Source: Phoronis australis
Taxonomy: Eukaryota > Animalia > Phoronida
Assembly (NCBI GenBank): GCA_002633005.1
Contig: NMRA01000639.1
Span: 77,609-141,608, forward strand
Length of the DNA stretch: 64,000 nt
Direction of reading: 5' to 3'
Positions 62,296 to 64,000 of the stretch are shown in pieces (positions within the stretch are counted from its first letter, which is position 1; each line of letters starts with the position of its first letter). A model generated the notes under the pieces. That model made no database searches and had not been told where the DNA came from. It worked only from the letters and a program-made list of their open reading frames with translations. Both the position numbers and the translations under genes were made by a program.

Positions 62296-64000
62296 GATAT
62301 TTGTTTTGATGAAAAGAGACCTCTGTTGAATAAAAAATGAACCAAGTTGTGTCAGTGATCTACTTATTTTTATCATTCTCCGATCGTTTTCAATGTTATT
62401 TTCTAAGAATTTCACATAAGAAGAGAAACTTCGATGGCACGAAAGAATTAAATAGAGGAAAAGAGAAGACAAATATTGAAAACCCAGTTATAAAAATACT
62501 CTGCCACCAGAGGGCATTGTATTCATTCACCAATTAGACTTGAGACTTCTATGTTTCAGTGTTGGCTGTTTTCTCGTTTTCTGACTCACAGAACGTCGAA
62601 TCTCTCAACTGTTCCGTCTACTTATAGGTTAGCTCTATTTCACGTTTTGGAGTCGCCAAATGTTTGAGTATTTATACAGAATGTTGTTATGAAACTGTAT
62701 GTTACACGTCTGTGACCGCAGGCTGCAGCAGACTATGACCAACGTCTAGTTGGCCAGGCAGTAGTACAGACGGTGAGGCTCTGGCTATAGAGCTTCAAAC
62801 GCCGGAAGCTTTTCGGCGAATTATGCCACACACTGGTTAAATCATCAAAGTCACGTTATTATAAGTACCTTTTGCTCATAGAGGGACACCTTAGGAATCT
62901 CTCCATATCTTTAATTCCTTCCAACTCAAACAAATACTCCCATCCCATGATCAGACTTTTTCTTCGAGCAGTTCTTCGTTCAGTTGCCCAAATCGGCAAC
63001 TGGCCATTTTTACCCTGTGCGTATGAACCTCGGCTATAGGAGCGTCATCATCTTTACCATCACTTGAGATGGCGGCACTGTCTACAGGCTTGCCAACCAG
63101 CTAGCTGTATGAAGACCATATCGTCAATTTATATTTAGTATACAATTTTGAACCAAGGCTAATTATAGACTCGTTAGCCACTCGTCTAGACAGTTTCACC
63201 ATCTTAACTGGCCCCAGTAGAGATGGTGGTCATCCCACAGGCCCTCCATATGCTGGTAGCTTTTCGGTGAATTATGCCTCACACTGACTAATCCACCAAA
63301 GTCATGTTGCTTTAAGTAGCTTTTGCACATAGAGGAACACCTTAGAAGTTAGAAGGCCGTTTATGTCTTTAATTAGTCAGTTGCAAAAGCACTAATAATA
63401 ATGTCAATGGTTGCAATGGTCAACTTTGCTGCCACTTTATGGGTTTTTCCATGAGCATATTTTGTAACCAGGCTTTTTGCTTCAAATAATACGCTTGGGT
63501 AGACGCCATTGTAATGCAATCAGTCTTTGCAGTGTTTACATGACAGTGTGCTTTGACAAACATGTATGTTTTGGTATAAAAACAATTCCAATGATGTAGA
63601 AACCGCAAATAATTGCAGACAAAAATTACCCCAATGTGGAGATGCTAATTGCGTTTTTTCACTGCTCTTCAAACCCATGTAGCATTATGAAATTGGATTT
63701 AAATAGCTACTTATTCAAATTAGAGGTAACTTCAGGTCTTTGAAGGAACTGCCAGTTGTGTACTATTAAGACCATGTGCTCTGCAAGTTGATTTGCGTAC
63801 GACGTGTTATTTTGTTCACTGAGCACGGTCTTAAGGAACAACAAAATGCCAGTCCTTTGCAAACCCATAATTCTTTTCTCATCTGAGTAAGAAGCAAGTT
63901 GAGATCAATTTTAAGGCAGTAAATAGTCTTTTTCAAAATGATGAAACTACAGCTGTTCTGTTCATCCATAGGGCAAGAGCACAACGAGTTGCATTCACCA

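Overview
Eukaryotic (animal, probably marine invertebrate) genomic DNA of roughly 38% GC (estimated by eye), with spliceosomal introns, many decayed transposons and assembly gaps. There is no prokaryotic gene organisation and no CRISPR array. Hand-spliced genes: (1) a + strand M13 neprilysin/endothelin-converting-enzyme-like zinc metallopeptidase, 3863-23806, with 16 exon positions giving ~728 aa and the first exon not located; (2) a - strand 11-finger C2H2 zinc-finger gene, 37051-30144; (3) a two-exon + strand otopetrin-family proton channel, 41867-44612, 612 aa; (4) a tentative - strand gene for a mitochondrial-type membrane protein, 62295-56815. The main discovery is that the 68-nt exon encoding the M13 catalytic HExxH motif exists as two diverged, intact, same-phase copies (17626-17693 and 19998-20065). 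Only one at a time keeps the reading frame, which points to a swappable active site by mutually exclusive splicing, and a ~260-nt fold-back lies between them. Also present: a Kolobok-type transposon relic with THAP and zinc-motif remnants, a Tx1/L1 LINE 3' relic, several MITEs, 20-bp and 31-bp minisatellites, and a probable haplotype-overlap assembly artefact at 46.8-48.7 kb.
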